64,000 nucleotides of DNA from NCBI GenBank assembly GCA_963835925.1, contig CAWIHH010000004.1, positions 377,289-441,288 on the forward strand, written 5' to 3'. The stretch's first letter is position 1, and every line of letters starts with the position of its first letter. The position numbers and the translations under genes are program-made. The notes beneath the pieces are model-generated. The model had not been told where the DNA came from. It did no database searches and saw nothing but the letters and a program-made list of their open reading frames with translations. Origin of the DNA: Candidatus Bathyarchaeota archaeon. GTDB taxonomy: Archaea; Thermoproteota; Bathyarchaeia; 40CM-2-53-6. Positions 46,831 through 57,388 of this stretch are shown one piece after another.

Positions 46831-47568
46831 CTAGAATCTGAGAAAGTTGATAGTCGTTTTGTCGGTCACTTCGGGAAGACTGGCATATTCTCGACTCTTA
46901 TGATTTTCGTAGAAGTATTTGCCGTCGTTGGTGTTATTTGAATATTCAATCTTTTCGCCGAGCGGTTTCACAGCTATGTACTTGACGAACCCGTCGGGAG
47001 GAGGATCGTCGGATGAAACGTAGAAGAACACGGGCAGGGCGTCCGCCTCATAGTAGTGTTCGAACGGTATGCATGTGCCGACGATATGTTTCTTTCCCCG
47101 CGCGAATTGCCACAGCGGAAACAAGGTTCCCTCGCGAAGTGAGAGAGGAAGGAGAATTCTAGCTATTGATCGGATATCCTCAACTTCGGCAAGCAACGGG
47201 GGCGCCACATCGGGAAACCTTCCCTCCAAGCTCTCAGCGAAGGCTTCTGGAACAGCCTTTAGCTCGACAAATGAGGCGTATCGAAAGCGCGTATCCCCCG
47301 CCTCATCTGAAAACATCCATTCCTCTCCTTTCGGAGAATCACTTCGGTACGCTAGGAAAGCTTTGGGTGGAGCATCTGAGAACGCATATGCCAGTATCGG
47401 TAGATCTCCGTCCCAGTACATGTATGCGGTGAAGAGCCCCAAGACGTGCTTGCCTTTGTACTTCAGATGCCAAAGGATCTGTGAACCTTCAGTCAACCCT
47501 AATGCCAATCTGGCGAAACTCAACATATCGGAAACATGTACAGGCACGGGGGGTTTTAGAGACTCCAC
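46831..47568 (-). CDS. hypothetical protein with internal duplication
   Basis: 245 aa. The two halves share LWHLKYKGKHVLGLFTAYMYWDGDLPILAYAFSDAPPKAFLAY and LWQFARGKKHIVGTCIPFEHYYEADALPVFFYVSSDDPPPDGFVKY. Confidence 0.45.
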   Translation of the reverse strand: MESLKPPVPVHVSDMLSFARLALGLTEGSQILWHLKYKGKHVLGLFTAYMYWDGDLPILAYAFSDAPPKAFLAYRSDSPKGEEWMFSDEAGDTRFRYASFVELKAVPEAFAESLEGRFPDVAPPLLAEVEDIRSIARILLPLSLREGTLFPLWQFARGKKHIVGTCIPFEHYYEADALPVFFYVSSDDPPPDGFVKYIAVKPLGEKIEYSNNTNDGKYFYENHKSREYASLPEVTDKTTINFLRF

Positions 47569-47638
47569 TTAGAACACCGGTTCAGCTACAGACGAACCAT
47601 AGCACAAATTAACTTTGCGAACGTCTCTTAGTATGAGT

Positions 47639-48385
47639 TCAGCGGAACAAGTCCTCTTCTTCAGGTCTGATCAAGTCCTTCGCTGACCCCTTTCCACGCG
47701 GATACTCGAATCCTCTAACGATCGCAACTGGGACGCCGTCACTCTTGTTCATGGCAAGTTCTGCGGCCGAGGCCAGTTCGTCCGCGATTGCTATTTGAGT
47801 TACATTGAGAACGTGGCCAAACATGTCCTTCTTGCCGCGGTAGTCTTGGACCGGTCGCAAGCCGTCCACGCCAATTGCGACATCAACTTGACCTATTCGC
47901 CAGGCTCGTCCGAATGTGTCTGACACTATAACGCCAACGTCGGCTCCTGTCAAGTCTTTGATTCTCTTCCTTATTTCAAAAGCTGATTTGTCCGGATCGG
48001 CAGGTAGGAGGGTTACCGAATCATCGTTCTCGACATTTGACCTATCTACGCCCGCATTTGCGCACACAAAACCATGGCGAGTCTGGACAATAAGGTGACC
48101 TTGCCGCATTCTCACAATACTATCGGTTTCTCTCAGGACCGTCTCGATGTGTCTAGGATCCTTTCCCGTAGTTTTGCAGATTGCCTTTGCAAAAGCTGAA
48201 GGTGTTATCGATTTCAAGTCGACAATCATACTCTCAGCCTTCGAGATTATTTTCTGTGCGATAACCACGATATCGCGATTTTGAATTTGTAGACCTTCTG
48301 CCTTTGCGGCCTTCACGATCTCGTCTCCAAGGTTATCCCCTTGCTTTATGAGGGGAATCTTCGTTAGGCCGTATATCTGGATCAT
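47639..48385 (-). CDS. cofE: coenzyme F420-0:L-glutamate ligase
   Basis: 248 aa. Has IVVIAQKIISKAE, GFVCANAGVDRSNV and VIVSDTFGRAWRIGQ, which are CofE hallmarks. Confidence 0.8.
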   Translation of the reverse strand: MIQIYGLTKIPLIKQGDNLGDEIVKAAKAEGLQIQNRDIVVIAQKIISKAESMIVDLKSITPSAFAKAICKTTGKDPRHIETVLRETDSIVRMRQGHLIVQTRHGFVCANAGVDRSNVENDDSVTLLPADPDKSAFEIRKRIKDLTGADVGVIVSDTFGRAWRIGQVDVAIGVDGLRPVQDYRGKKDMFGHVLNVTQIAIADELASAAELAMNKSDGVPVAIVRGFEYPRGKGSAKDLIRPEEEDLFR

Positions 48386-48418
48386 ACATCACATTCTCCG
48401 GCAGAGGCCAAGAGTAAT

Positions 48419-50976
48419 CTAACCCGAAAAGAATGATTCAAGCTTCTTCACTCCAGTCAGGTCCTCGAATTCGAGACCTAGAGAGTCGAGAACCTGATCA
48501 AAGGTGCCTCTGATGTATTCAATGTACTTCTCGCTGTCCACTTCGTCTATTCTTGCGAGCTGTACCGGTTTCACTCCAGGTTCTCCCGCACTTTCACGAA
48601 CGACACGATGTCTCCAGGTTTCATCTCTGTACCAGCCTGCTGCAACTGTCTGGCAGCCTTCACGTGCTGAGGAGTTGTCTTGGTGTATCCGTCTGGGCTT
48701 CGGCTCATCATCATTGAGAACGCCAAATCTGCGAGAGTGTACTCCTTGTTGCGCAGTTTGAGGTAGCAGTCCTTCACGATGTTTGCGGTCTTGGCCTTCG
48801 CGACTTCAATATCCTCCGGTGATTTGACCTCACTGAGGACGGAGACCATGTCGTAGAAAGCACTATGGAGGAATCCTGGGATGTGCCGTTTTTTCCCTGT
48901 CAACCCCTTTATGTCCACCTGTCCATCTGGCAGTACACCGAAGTAGTTCTTTTTCCTCGAGCTGAGGGCCAAGTAGCGGTAGTTCTTGTCGATTTCAAGT
49001 TCCATTTTGAGTTGATCCCGTGACCATTCGATCAATTTGCTCAGGGAGTCTGCATATTGGCCTTCCAGGAAAATTGAGTCGGTGTCTCCATAGAATACTT
49101 CTAGACCCAGATCTCGCGATTTTTGAATCGCCTGGGTTATGACATGTCGCCCAATGGCTGCAGTGGCCTCCGCAACTGGTGGGCAATACAGGGCAAAATT
49201 ATCGGCGCCGAAGACGCCGTAACTCGCGTTCAAAACCACTTTCAGTGCGTCAGAGACGACTTTGTACCAACTTTGCGCCGGCTTGGGTATGGTGCGATCC
49301 TTCGATCTAACTTTGTACCACTTGACGCGAAGGTCTCTCAAGGAACCTATCAAGAGACTCTCAAGGCCTCGCTTCTTAGTGCAAGCCCAGTGGGGGGTTC
49401 CGGGTATCAGGTTCGTCTTGCACTCCTCATGAGGGCATCGTACTGTTTCGTATCCCAAGTTCCAAATCTTGATTATGGATGGGTATAGGGAGGCGAAGTC
49501 GAGGACTGCGACGTTAAAATGGACACCTGGCTTTGGCTCCACTACGATCGCGCCCTTGTACTTCTTTCCCTTGATGATGGCCTCGGTCGCTGTTTGGCCC
49601 TTGACTTCTAGGATTTCGTCCCTTCGCGGTATGAGGTAACCTCGCTTTCTGTGGTGGCAGAACATTATGCTCCGAATCCACCCCGACACACCTTGCCTTG
49701 AAACATCATCCAAAGTCATGTAGCTGATCCGCGACAGAGCGGTCATCAACTTCATGACAAGATCATCGTTGAACGACGTCAACGTTAGAACGATCTCAGA
49801 ATCTCGATAGCAGTAGGCCGCAAGCTCTCTATACGGAGAATTTGAAACAGATTCTATATCGATTTTGGCCGTACCAACCAGCGCTTCGCCGACGGCATCA
49901 AGTGTGTTCTCACGGTACTTCTGACCGAAAGCATAGATTTGGATTGATCGGTTGAAGAAGAACTTGTAGAGGTCTATATGCACACCATATTTCAGGTTAG
50001 CGACGTCCCGCCCTAGGTCAATCGGAATTTCTTCGTTCTTGAATCCCAGTCTCTGGGCGCGGTGGTATAGATATTTGAGATCGAAATCGTCTCCGTTGAA
50101 CGTAATCACGAACGGAAACTCGAGAAACGCTTGAAAAATCGCGGCCAGGAGGTCGAGTTCATTTTCGAAGAACTCAAGCTGTGTGTTTAGTGGAAGTGGG
50201 GCGTTCCCGTCCGAAATTCCCTCTCGCTTGAGCAACAGCACCCTCTTCGTACCATCCGAGCCAACCAAGCTGGCACAGATTACGGCTTGTTCAGCAATTT
50301 CGGGATCGGGCACGCGAGTTTCAACCTGTTGAGCTACCTCGATGTCAAATGCAATTCGGCGATACTGGGGCACGGGGCACTCGAGAAGTCGCGCCCATTC
50401 ATTTGCAAGCGCTTTGTAGTCAGGAACTTCCCCCGACAGAAGTCGGTCAATTTCGTTGAGTGTCTGCCCGGGCAGCTCAAAGTTGACCTGGGAGAGCTGT
50501 TTGTCCCTGTACTCGTACATCATTCCAGGTTCGAGGCCGCGATCATAGATGTAATTCTCTACATATTTTATGTCTGCTTCCCAGGCCGTGATCGATTCTC
50601 TGATCGACCCAGTTGGTTTCCCGCCAATAGTAAGGGGATCCTTGGCAATGATCTTAGTTACATTGACCGGTTGGCTTCGCAGAGCGTCGAACCTCGAACC
50701 TTGTTCGAAGTGATCGAACCCGGGGTTTCTCGCTATCGCATCAATTTTCTGGAGTTCTGCGGGTGTCTGCTTGCTGTAGCAGTATGGTTTGTGTTCCGAA
50801 TCGTCATACCAGAAACAGATTTTGTGTGTGGTCGGATCGTAGAATCGCAGAAAACACTTTTTTCGATCGCCGTCGTAACCGATCGACACTAGGTACGATG
50901 GAGGAATAGTTGTGGGAGTCTGGGGCGTGAAAACGAGACTGTTCCGATTTATCGGCGGCTTTGAAATGGTTATCAA
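48419..50976 (-). CDS. polB: family B DNA polymerase; frame broken once near the 3' end (track ORF 48571-50976)
   Basis: Has exonuclease motifs (FDIEV, FNGDDFDL), polymerase motifs (DFASLYPSII, KVVLNASYG, YGDTDSIF) and KKRH. After ..SFVKVR the neighbouring frame continues GEPGVKPVQLARIDEVDSEKYIEYIRGTFDQVLDSLGLEFEDLTGVKKLESFFSG*, a typical PolB tail with a PIP-like LESFF. Confidence 0.95.
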
Positions 50977-51176
50977 TGCCTCATCCCTGAAGTAGCTTTC
51001 GAGCGTTTTCGCCGTATTCCAGCCCCCGCAAAACTGAGTAACATCAATCAGTATGCTCAGAATCTAATCGTATTTCTTCTTTAAACTGACTTAAAGAAGC
51101 GACGGCTTCGGCCTAGAGCTTCGGAGAGAGCAACAAAACAGTCACAATTTGGCTGAGCAGAAGAGAAGGGAAGAAA

Positions 51177-51192
51177 GAAGCGTTGTCGCTTC
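51177..51192 (-). terminator. hairpin plus T-rich tract after the molybdoenzyme operon
   Basis: gaagcg-ttgt-cgcttc (6-bp stem) lies 11 nt after the stop at 51203-51205 and is followed on the minus strand by tttcttccc. It is also T-flanked on the plus strand. Confidence 0.3.
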
Positions 51193-51202
51193 TTTTCCTG
51201 TT

Positions 51203-52014
51203 CTAGAGCGGTATATCTCCCAGGTCCTTGTTCGTATCTAGTGAGACGGAGATGGTTTTGGTTCTGCCGGCACCGTTGATTGTGACTTCGTAGGTCTTCT
51301 TTGCGTCTAGGCCGTCGAGCCAGAAGTCTCCGAAGACATCAGACTTGGCCGTGGAGGTGGTGCCTGCGGTTGTGTCTTTGCATGTGATATCTGCGCCTAT
51401 GAGGCATTCGCCTGTTGAGCTGTCTATTAGTGCGCCCACGATGAACGTTTTGGGCACGCCTGCATAGTAGACTCTAGGTTTCGCGTTGTATTCCGGATTG
51501 AGGATAACGGCATTCTTCTGGTCGATCATCGTCTTGAGCTGATCGTACTCTCCGAAGGATAGCGCCTCGGACGGGCATGCGCCGACGCATCTTGGTAATG
51601 TTCGTCCTTGGTCAAGTAGGTGCCGCAGAAGGTGCACTTCTGAGGTATGTTCAAAGCGTCGTTCCAGTATATGGCTCCGTATGGGCATGATGCGACCAGT
51701 TGCTTCTGACCGACGCTCTTGATGGGGTCGATGATGACGATGCCGTCGGTTCTCTTGTATATCGCTCCGCTCTGGGCTGCTTTCATGCAGGGTGGATCTT
51801 CGCATTGCATGCAGGGTTGAGCAACCCAGGAGGCTCTGACTTTCGGTTGTGTACCTCTTTCGATCTCCTGCACTTTCATCCAGAAGGTATTTTCATTGGG
51901 TTGGGGTTTGGTGTAGGGTAGCCATTCGTTTTCGACATGTTCGTCTTTGCATGCGATGACGCAGGTGTAGCATCCAATGCATTTTGTAACGTCCATAATC
52001 ATTGCTTTGGTCAT
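51203..52014 (-). CDS. 4Fe-4S cluster subunit (DMSO-reductase-family beta subunit) with C-terminal beta-sandwich domain; frame broken once (fragments 51526-52014 and 51203-51805)
   Basis: Cys clusters CIGCYTCVIACK, CMQCEDPPC, CPYGAIY and KCTFC are followed in the neighbouring frame by RHLLDQGRTLPRCVGACPSEAL. The C-terminus IVGALIDSSTGECLIGADITCKD...TYEVTINGAG is carboxypeptidase-regulatory/transthyretin-like. Confidence 0.8.
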
Positions 52015-52015
52015 T

Positions 52016-54637
52016 TCACGTCCCCCACTTCTCGATCTGAACGAGGGCGTTGAAGGCCACTATCAACGCGTGTGTGGACATAGGCCTGTTTGATGTCAGT
52101 AAGTTAGCGCTGCCACCTTTGTCAAGCGAACTCGGGTCTTTAGGATTCGCTAGGTCAGACCATGAGCCGTAACTGACCTGTACGACCCCTGGCTTGATTT
52201 TTTCAGTCACTTTCGCGCCGCAGAGGATTTGACCTCTGTCATTGAATACCCTTACTATGTCTCCCTGCTTGATGCCTCTCGCGTTGGCATCCGTGGAACT
52301 AATCCAAACAGGTTCGTACTCATAACCATCTTTTCCTTTAATCTTGTACAACTCTCGAAGCCATGAGTTCTCACCAAATTGTTCATGAAGCCTGAACTTT
52401 GGGTGTGAAGTAAGAAGTTGCAGAGGATACTTGTTTGTGAGTGGGTCATACCTGCCTTCCCATTGAGTGATGTACTTGGGTACCGGTGGGATCTCGGGAT
52501 TGTTGGCGCCGTATTGGCCGAATATCGTTTGTGAGAAGATCTCAATCTTCCCTGATGGTGTATCGAGGCCTGAGCCTTGAGGTTGATCGTGGTACCATCT
52601 AAAGGCGGTGGCTGGTTGGAAGTTGTCCGGTAACTCGAAGACGTAGTAGCCTTTCTCCTTGAAAACGTCGTATGCTAGGGGAATGGTGGTCGTGTTATAC
52701 AGTTTCTTAAGCCAATCGTCTTCAGTGTTCCCTTCTGTGAAAGTGTCTGCAAAGCCCAGTTTCTTGGCGAGGGCAGAATATATGTCAAGGTCGTTCATTG
52801 ATTCGAAAAGAGGAGGAATCCCGTGACTGTAGATCGCAATCAGGTCGTTGCCTGTATTCGCAACGAGATCGTTTCGCTCATAGCCCGTGCATGCGGGTAA
52901 TATGATATCGGCATATTTGGTCGCGGGGTCCCAGCGAAAGTTCACCGAAGATATGAACTCGATCTTCGGATTTAGCATTACTCTTATGAACCTGCCAGCT
53001 TCGGGGGGTATGGTTGCTGTGCTTCCGCCCTGGAAATGAAAGGCCTTGACCTCAGAGTAGCCTTGCATCGGATAGGTGTACTCGGTCCAAGCGTCTCTTC
53101 CGAAATGGTCTGAAAGGCTAGCTCCCCCTTTCCAAGTAACCGGGGGTGAAACTATTGATTGTTCGAACAGTGTGTAGTTTATTACTTGCTTAATGGGGTT
53201 CGGAGGTTTCGCTTTTGAGACAGCCTCCATCCCTCCTGCGCTGTAGAATGGTGGGGGTATCTGACTCAGGTCTCTCGGCAGCGACTCCTTGCCTGGGATT
53301 GTGTACCACGATAACAATCCGACTCCGGGTTTGCCGATTCCCTGCATAGCTTGAAGCGTAACCATCATTCTGGTCCATTCGTTACCGTAGGCGGTTCGAT
53401 TTATTCCTGAGTAATAACACTCGAGCATTGTTGGGTTTGATCCCCACACTCTGGCCAGGGCTCTAATCGTTCTAGCTGGGACTCCGCAAATCTTCTCGGC
53501 CCATTCCGGAGTCTTAGGAACACTGTCCCCTAGGCCTAGTATGTAACTCTCGAATGATGTGTTTGGGGGGGCTCCTTTCGGGAGGTGGTCTTCGTCGAAG
53601 CCGATAGTATGGGTATCTAGGTAATTCTTGTCGTAGGTTCCTTCTTTGATCCATGTATAAGCAATGCCCGCAGCCAGTGCGCAATCGGTGCCTGGGTAGA
53701 CCGCTATCCACTTGTCAGCCATGCATGCAGCTGTATCATGGAAATTAGGAGAAATAGCAACTGTTACTTTTCCTAACTCTTTGAACCACTGACCCGCCGG
53801 CAGTTCCGGCTCATAACCCTCATAAAACGAGGTTGTAAGTTTGTCAGTACCCCAATATACGACCACTTTGCTGTTTTGCAGCGCATCCCAAACGAGGTTA
53901 TCGCCGTCACCACAACCTCCTCTCCAGACGAAACCCCACTCGTAAATCGCCCCGTACATCCAACCAACCCAGCTATGGCCCGCACTCTGCTTTGTGGTAT
54001 TGCCTCCTAAGCAGTTGAAGAATCTTTGAATTTCTCTTGTATAGTGCAGGGAACCAAATTCGCCGTGGGAAGGTGCCCAATCACAAAACGCAGAGTTTCC
54101 GTACTTCTCCTTTATCCTCTTAAACTCGTTGGCAACCAGGTCTAGTGCCTCAGCCCAACCAATCCTGACGAACTCTCCCTTTGCCCTGTCACCACTGTTC
54201 TCCCCGCCATGTCCAGGGGTGAAACTCACCCTCTTCATGGGATAGCCGATTCTGAGCGGACTGTATATGTACCGCCTATATGCGAGATAATTACTCCTCA
54301 CGAGCGATTTGCGAGGTGGTGATAGGGTGCGACCATTAACGGTAAGTGTCCATGTTTTGGCGTCCTCGTATGTAAATGGTTCAATCCTTATGATCCTGCC
54401 ATTCCGAGTATAGTAGAAGAAAGCTCCGCCATCAGTCTTGACGATCGACCTTATCTCCTCTGCCTGCGTGACAGTCTGCATCTCTGTTACTGTGGTTACG
54501 GGCCGTAGGAGTTGGTTTGCTTCGTAGCCTGCTCCTATGCCCACAGCCGCGGTTACGGCTAGTGCTCCTGTCCATTTGAGCATTGAACGTCTACTGACTT
54601 TCTTATCTGTGATTGGTTCCTTCTTTTCTTCAGACAA
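52016..54637 (-). CDS. molybdopterin oxidoreductase catalytic subunit (DMSO reductase family, no N-terminal Fe-S motif), Tat signal; pyrogallol-transhydroxylase-like
   Basis: 873 aa, TTG start. Has a twin-arginine signal (VSRRSMLKWTGALAVTAAVGIGAG). The blocks GRIIRIEPF, LSPPRKS, SPLRIGYPMKRVSF, ILPACTGYERNDL, YPLQLLTSHPKFRLH, ARGIKQGDIVRVFNDRG and ALVQIEKW match my memory of the Pelobacter transhydroxylase alpha subunit. Confidence 0.8.
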   Translation of the reverse strand: MSEEKKEPITDKKVSRRSMLKWTGALAVTAAVGIGAGYEANQLLRPVTTVTEMQTVTQAEEIRSIVKTDGGAFFYYTRNGRIIRIEPFTYEDAKTWTLTVNGRTLSPPRKSLVRSNYLAYRRYIYSPLRIGYPMKRVSFTPGHGGENSGDRAKGEFVRIGWAEALDLVANEFKRIKEKYGNSAFCDWAPSHGEFGSLHYTREIQRFFNCLGGNTTKQSAGHSWVGWMYGAIYEWGFVWRGGCGDGDNLVWDALQNSKVVVYWGTDKLTTSFYEGYEPELPAGQWFKELGKVTVAISPNFHDTAACMADKWIAVYPGTDCALAAGIAYTWIKEGTYDKNYLDTHTIGFDEDHLPKGAPPNTSFESYILGLGDSVPKTPEWAEKICGVPARTIRALARVWGSNPTMLECYYSGINRTAYGNEWTRMMVTLQAMQGIGKPGVGLLSWYTIPGKESLPRDLSQIPPPFYSAGGMEAVSKAKPPNPIKQVINYTLFEQSIVSPPVTWKGGASLSDHFGRDAWTEYTYPMQGYSEVKAFHFQGGSTATIPPEAGRFIRVMLNPKIEFISSVNFRWDPATKYADIILPACTGYERNDLVANTGNDLIAIYSHGIPPLFESMNDLDIYSALAKKLGFADTFTEGNTEDDWLKKLYNTTTIPLAYDVFKEKGYYVFELPDNFQPATAFRWYHDQPQGSGLDTPSGKIEIFSQTIFGQYGANNPEIPPVPKYITQWEGRYDPLTNKYPLQLLTSHPKFRLHEQFGENSWLRELYKIKGKDGYEYEPVWISSTDANARGIKQGDIVRVFNDRGQILCGAKVTEKIKPGVVQVSYGSWSDLANPKDPSSLDKGGSANLLTSNRPMSTHALIVAFNALVQIEKWGT

Positions 54638-55205
54638 TTTTGATTAATTCCTTTTCTGTTTGTTTGCTGCTTGAACACAACTCGGCCCTATCCGTCGTTA
54701 TTGTCGCTTCGAACTAGACTTCGAGGTATTCAGGCAGACAAAGGTGCGCCTATGGTGGTCTGAGAATATACAGGTTCGCAAATTACTGTCCTTACATGCA
54801 TTTACTTCATTGGTTAATCTACCAACACCGCAAATACTTCGTGCTGAACTCCTTCGAGACTGAGTGTGGCACTTCAAATAAGCAGGCTAAAAATATTGGT
54901 TGGTTAGAAGGAAGAATTGGGAGATGAAAGCGCCTTGAAGTATGGGAAGCGATTGCCCAACACAGCCATATGTTCGCTCGAATCGATATGTCGATATACC
55001 GTCCACGCATAGACGGATGGTGATGGTTACATCCGTTCGGAGTGGACCTTCACGAGAAACATGAAAGACCCGAAAACCACTCTTTTCATGGCGTTTCAGC
55101 CCAGGTCAGAAGTTACGTTCAATACGAAAATAGCGTTAAACATCAATTACTGTTCTTACTAAATAGTTGCGCAGGAGAAACTGCGGTTAAGGAGCGGGTC
55201 CGGAT

Positions 55206-56537
55206 TTGACTGAGAATTCTCTCGCAGTTGCCATTGAAGCGATGAGCTGGGTAGCATACACTGGTGTCGGTGAGAGAACCGCGCTTTTCAAGGCCGCCGG
55301 GCAGTTGGAGGTCGGGCGTTCCAATGAACTTCGACAAGCCCACAAGCTCGTGATGGAAACAGCGAGATACCAGAACCGCCTCGAAAGCTTGATACGAGTA
55401 TTGACATCGGGAAACAAAGTCGAGCGTAGCGCACACGGCGTAACGAGTTTCCTGAAGATACTCGCTTACCTCAAATACGTGGAGAACGTTTCATCAAAAG
55501 ACTTTGAACAAAATGTAAAATGGGGAAGACAGGTTCTTGGGTGGAGAGAACTTCTTCCCTACGAGAACCAGATCGCAATGATCGCATCTGGGACTCTGGA
55601 AGTACATAGCCCCGATCTTCCAGAGTTCGAGAGACTTGCCTTTCAGACATGTAATCCAGTCTGGTTTGTTGAGAAAACAATCCGAGTCTTCGGTAGACCT
55701 TTTGCACTCAAGATTCTACATCGAAATCTCAGTCTATTGCCCGCCTACATACGTCTCAACATGTTGAAGATCCGCAGCCAAGACAACGCCGATGCTATCG
55801 CGAATAAGATACAAGGTGGCACAGTGCAGGGGCTACGAAACGTACTGAGAACAGAGAGAGCGCCTAGTGCCTCGGCTAGATCTGATTCCTTTCGTTCTGG
55901 AAAGATTGTAACGCAGGATTTGGCCAGCATCGTTGCTAGCCTCGTGGCTTCTCCCAAGCGGGGTTCAGTGGTTCTTGACGTTTGCGCGGCTCCTGGCAAT
56001 AAGACGAGCCACTTGGCCGATATCATGGATAACACAGGTGAGATTTTTTCAATAGAGCTCTCCGAGAAAAGGCTCTCACATTGGAAGATGGAAATGGAGA
56101 GAACAGGTGTAACGGTGGCGTACCCTATCCGAGCAGAGGCCAGAAACATACCAATCCGCAAAAGAGCAGACGTGGTACTAGTTGATCCCCCATGTTCCAA
56201 TACGGGAGTATTCGCCAGAAACCCCAGCATCAAATGGAAAACTTCGGCCGCAAACATCAAGGAGTTCGCATTGAGACAATACTGGATTCTGAGGGCGGCG
56301 GCGGCCAATCTGATTCCAAACGGTACCCTTGTTTATTGCACTTGTAGCTTGTTGCCAGACGAGAACGAGCTTGTGGTTGAAGAGTTTTTGAGAAGAGAGC
56401 AGGATTTCAAACTCGCACGCCAGACGCCTTTCATAGGATCCCCTGGGCTTAGAGGCTTAGATCTTTGCCAGCGATTCTATCCACACGTTCACGATTGCAA
56501 TGGCTACTTTATCGCTAAATTACAACGGACCAATTAG
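55206..56537 (+). CDS. NOL1/NOP2/Sun-family RNA (cytosine-C5)-methyltransferase
   Basis: 443 aa. Has VLDVCAAPGNKTSHL (SAM motif I), VLVDPPCSNTGV (motif IV PC) and YCTCSLLPDENE (motif VI TC). Confidence 0.85.
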   Translation: MTENSLAVAIEAMSWVAYTGVGERTALFKAAGQLEVGRSNELRQAHKLVMETARYQNRLESLIRVLTSGNKVERSAHGVTSFLKILAYLKYVENVSSKDFEQNVKWGRQVLGWRELLPYENQIAMIASGTLEVHSPDLPEFERLAFQTCNPVWFVEKTIRVFGRPFALKILHRNLSLLPAYIRLNMLKIRSQDNADAIANKIQGGTVQGLRNVLRTERAPSASARSDSFRSGKIVTQDLASIVASLVASPKRGSVVLDVCAAPGNKTSHLADIMDNTGEIFSIELSEKRLSHWKMEMERTGVTVAYPIRAEARNIPIRKRADVVLVDPPCSNTGVFARNPSIKWKTSAANIKEFALRQYWILRAAAANLIPNGTLVYCTCSLLPDENELVVEEFLRREQDFKLARQTPFIGSPGLRGLDLCQRFYPHVHDCNGYFIAKLQRTN

Positions 56538-56950
56538 CCTAATCTAGCCTTCTCAGCCTGAGCGATAATTTCAAAAATTATGCGGGCAGCGGCGGTGACA
56601 CCGGTGTCGCAGAGTGGACAAACCTCCATAAGGTCGAAGCCAATCATTCGTTCGCGAGCAACGGCGGGCGGCGATCTGTATCAGCTCATTCCGTGTTACT
56701 CCATCGAACTCGGGATTGGCAACACCCGAGGCAAATGCAGAGTCCAACACGTCCGTCTCGATGGTGAGGAATATGTGGCTGAATTTCCTTGTAAACTCCA
56801 CCACTCGTTTGTTAGTCCTCTGAAGCTTTCGATCATTGAGGTGTGGAAGGTCAGGTTTTCCAACCAGTATGACTCCGGTGGGGAACTGGTAAGGTTTTAT
56901 GGCAGGTCCTTAGCCGTAATAGGGCCTCCCGAATTTGCGGTGGCGCGAGA

Positions 56951-57388
56951 TTGACAGAGAAATTCACTGAAAGAACGGCGGGAATCTGGCTTCCCTTGAT
57001 ATTCTACGTTGCGGGTGGCGTGTACATGTTGGCCTTTTGGGGAGTCTTCGACAGAACCGCCTTTCACCTTACCGTGCTCGGCGCGGTGTCAATAGTCATA
57101 GCTGTAGCGCTATTCGCAACATCTCGCTGGGCCTTCTTCCTTGGCCTCTTCACATTTCCGTTACTCTTCATTGAATTCCTTTACTCCCTACTGACCTCGG
57201 TGAATTTGGTGGGATGGAATCCGAACCTTCAGACTGCTGCCTTCCAAGCGTCCATGATAGTCTACTTGGTGTTTTTGACGCTTTCATTGATCCTGTTGAT
57301 CGACAAGAGAAACACCCTGAAGAGCGACAGAATACTCGACCTCCTGAACAGGCCTGCCGCAGCTCCCGAGAGTTCTAAATCGAAGTAG
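56951..57388 (+). CDS. four-helix membrane protein, unknown function
   Basis: 145-aa hydrophobic ORF convergent with the GT2 gene. Confidence 0.4.
   Translation: MTEKFTERTAGIWLPLIFYVAGGVYMLAFWGVFDRTAFHLTVLGAVSIVIAVALFATSRWAFFLGLFTFPLLFIEFLYSLLTSVNLVGWNPNLQTAAFQASMIVYLVFLTLSLILLIDKRNTLKSDRILDLLNRPAAAPESSKSK

Noticed and set aside
51076-51099. A perfect 9-bp stem (cttctttaa-actgac-ttaaagaag) between the Fe-S subunit gene and polB, with a GGC-TTCG-GCC mini-hairpin beside it.
   Set aside because: No adjacent oligo-T tract on the relevant strand and no known motif. It could be chance in an AT-rich spacer. The terminator-like hairpin at 51177-51192 fits better.
55019-55060. A GTGATGG motif suggested the C box of a C/D-box sRNA.
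   Set aside because: There is no properly spaced CTGA D/D' boxes or second C' box, and no terminal stem of the expected kind.
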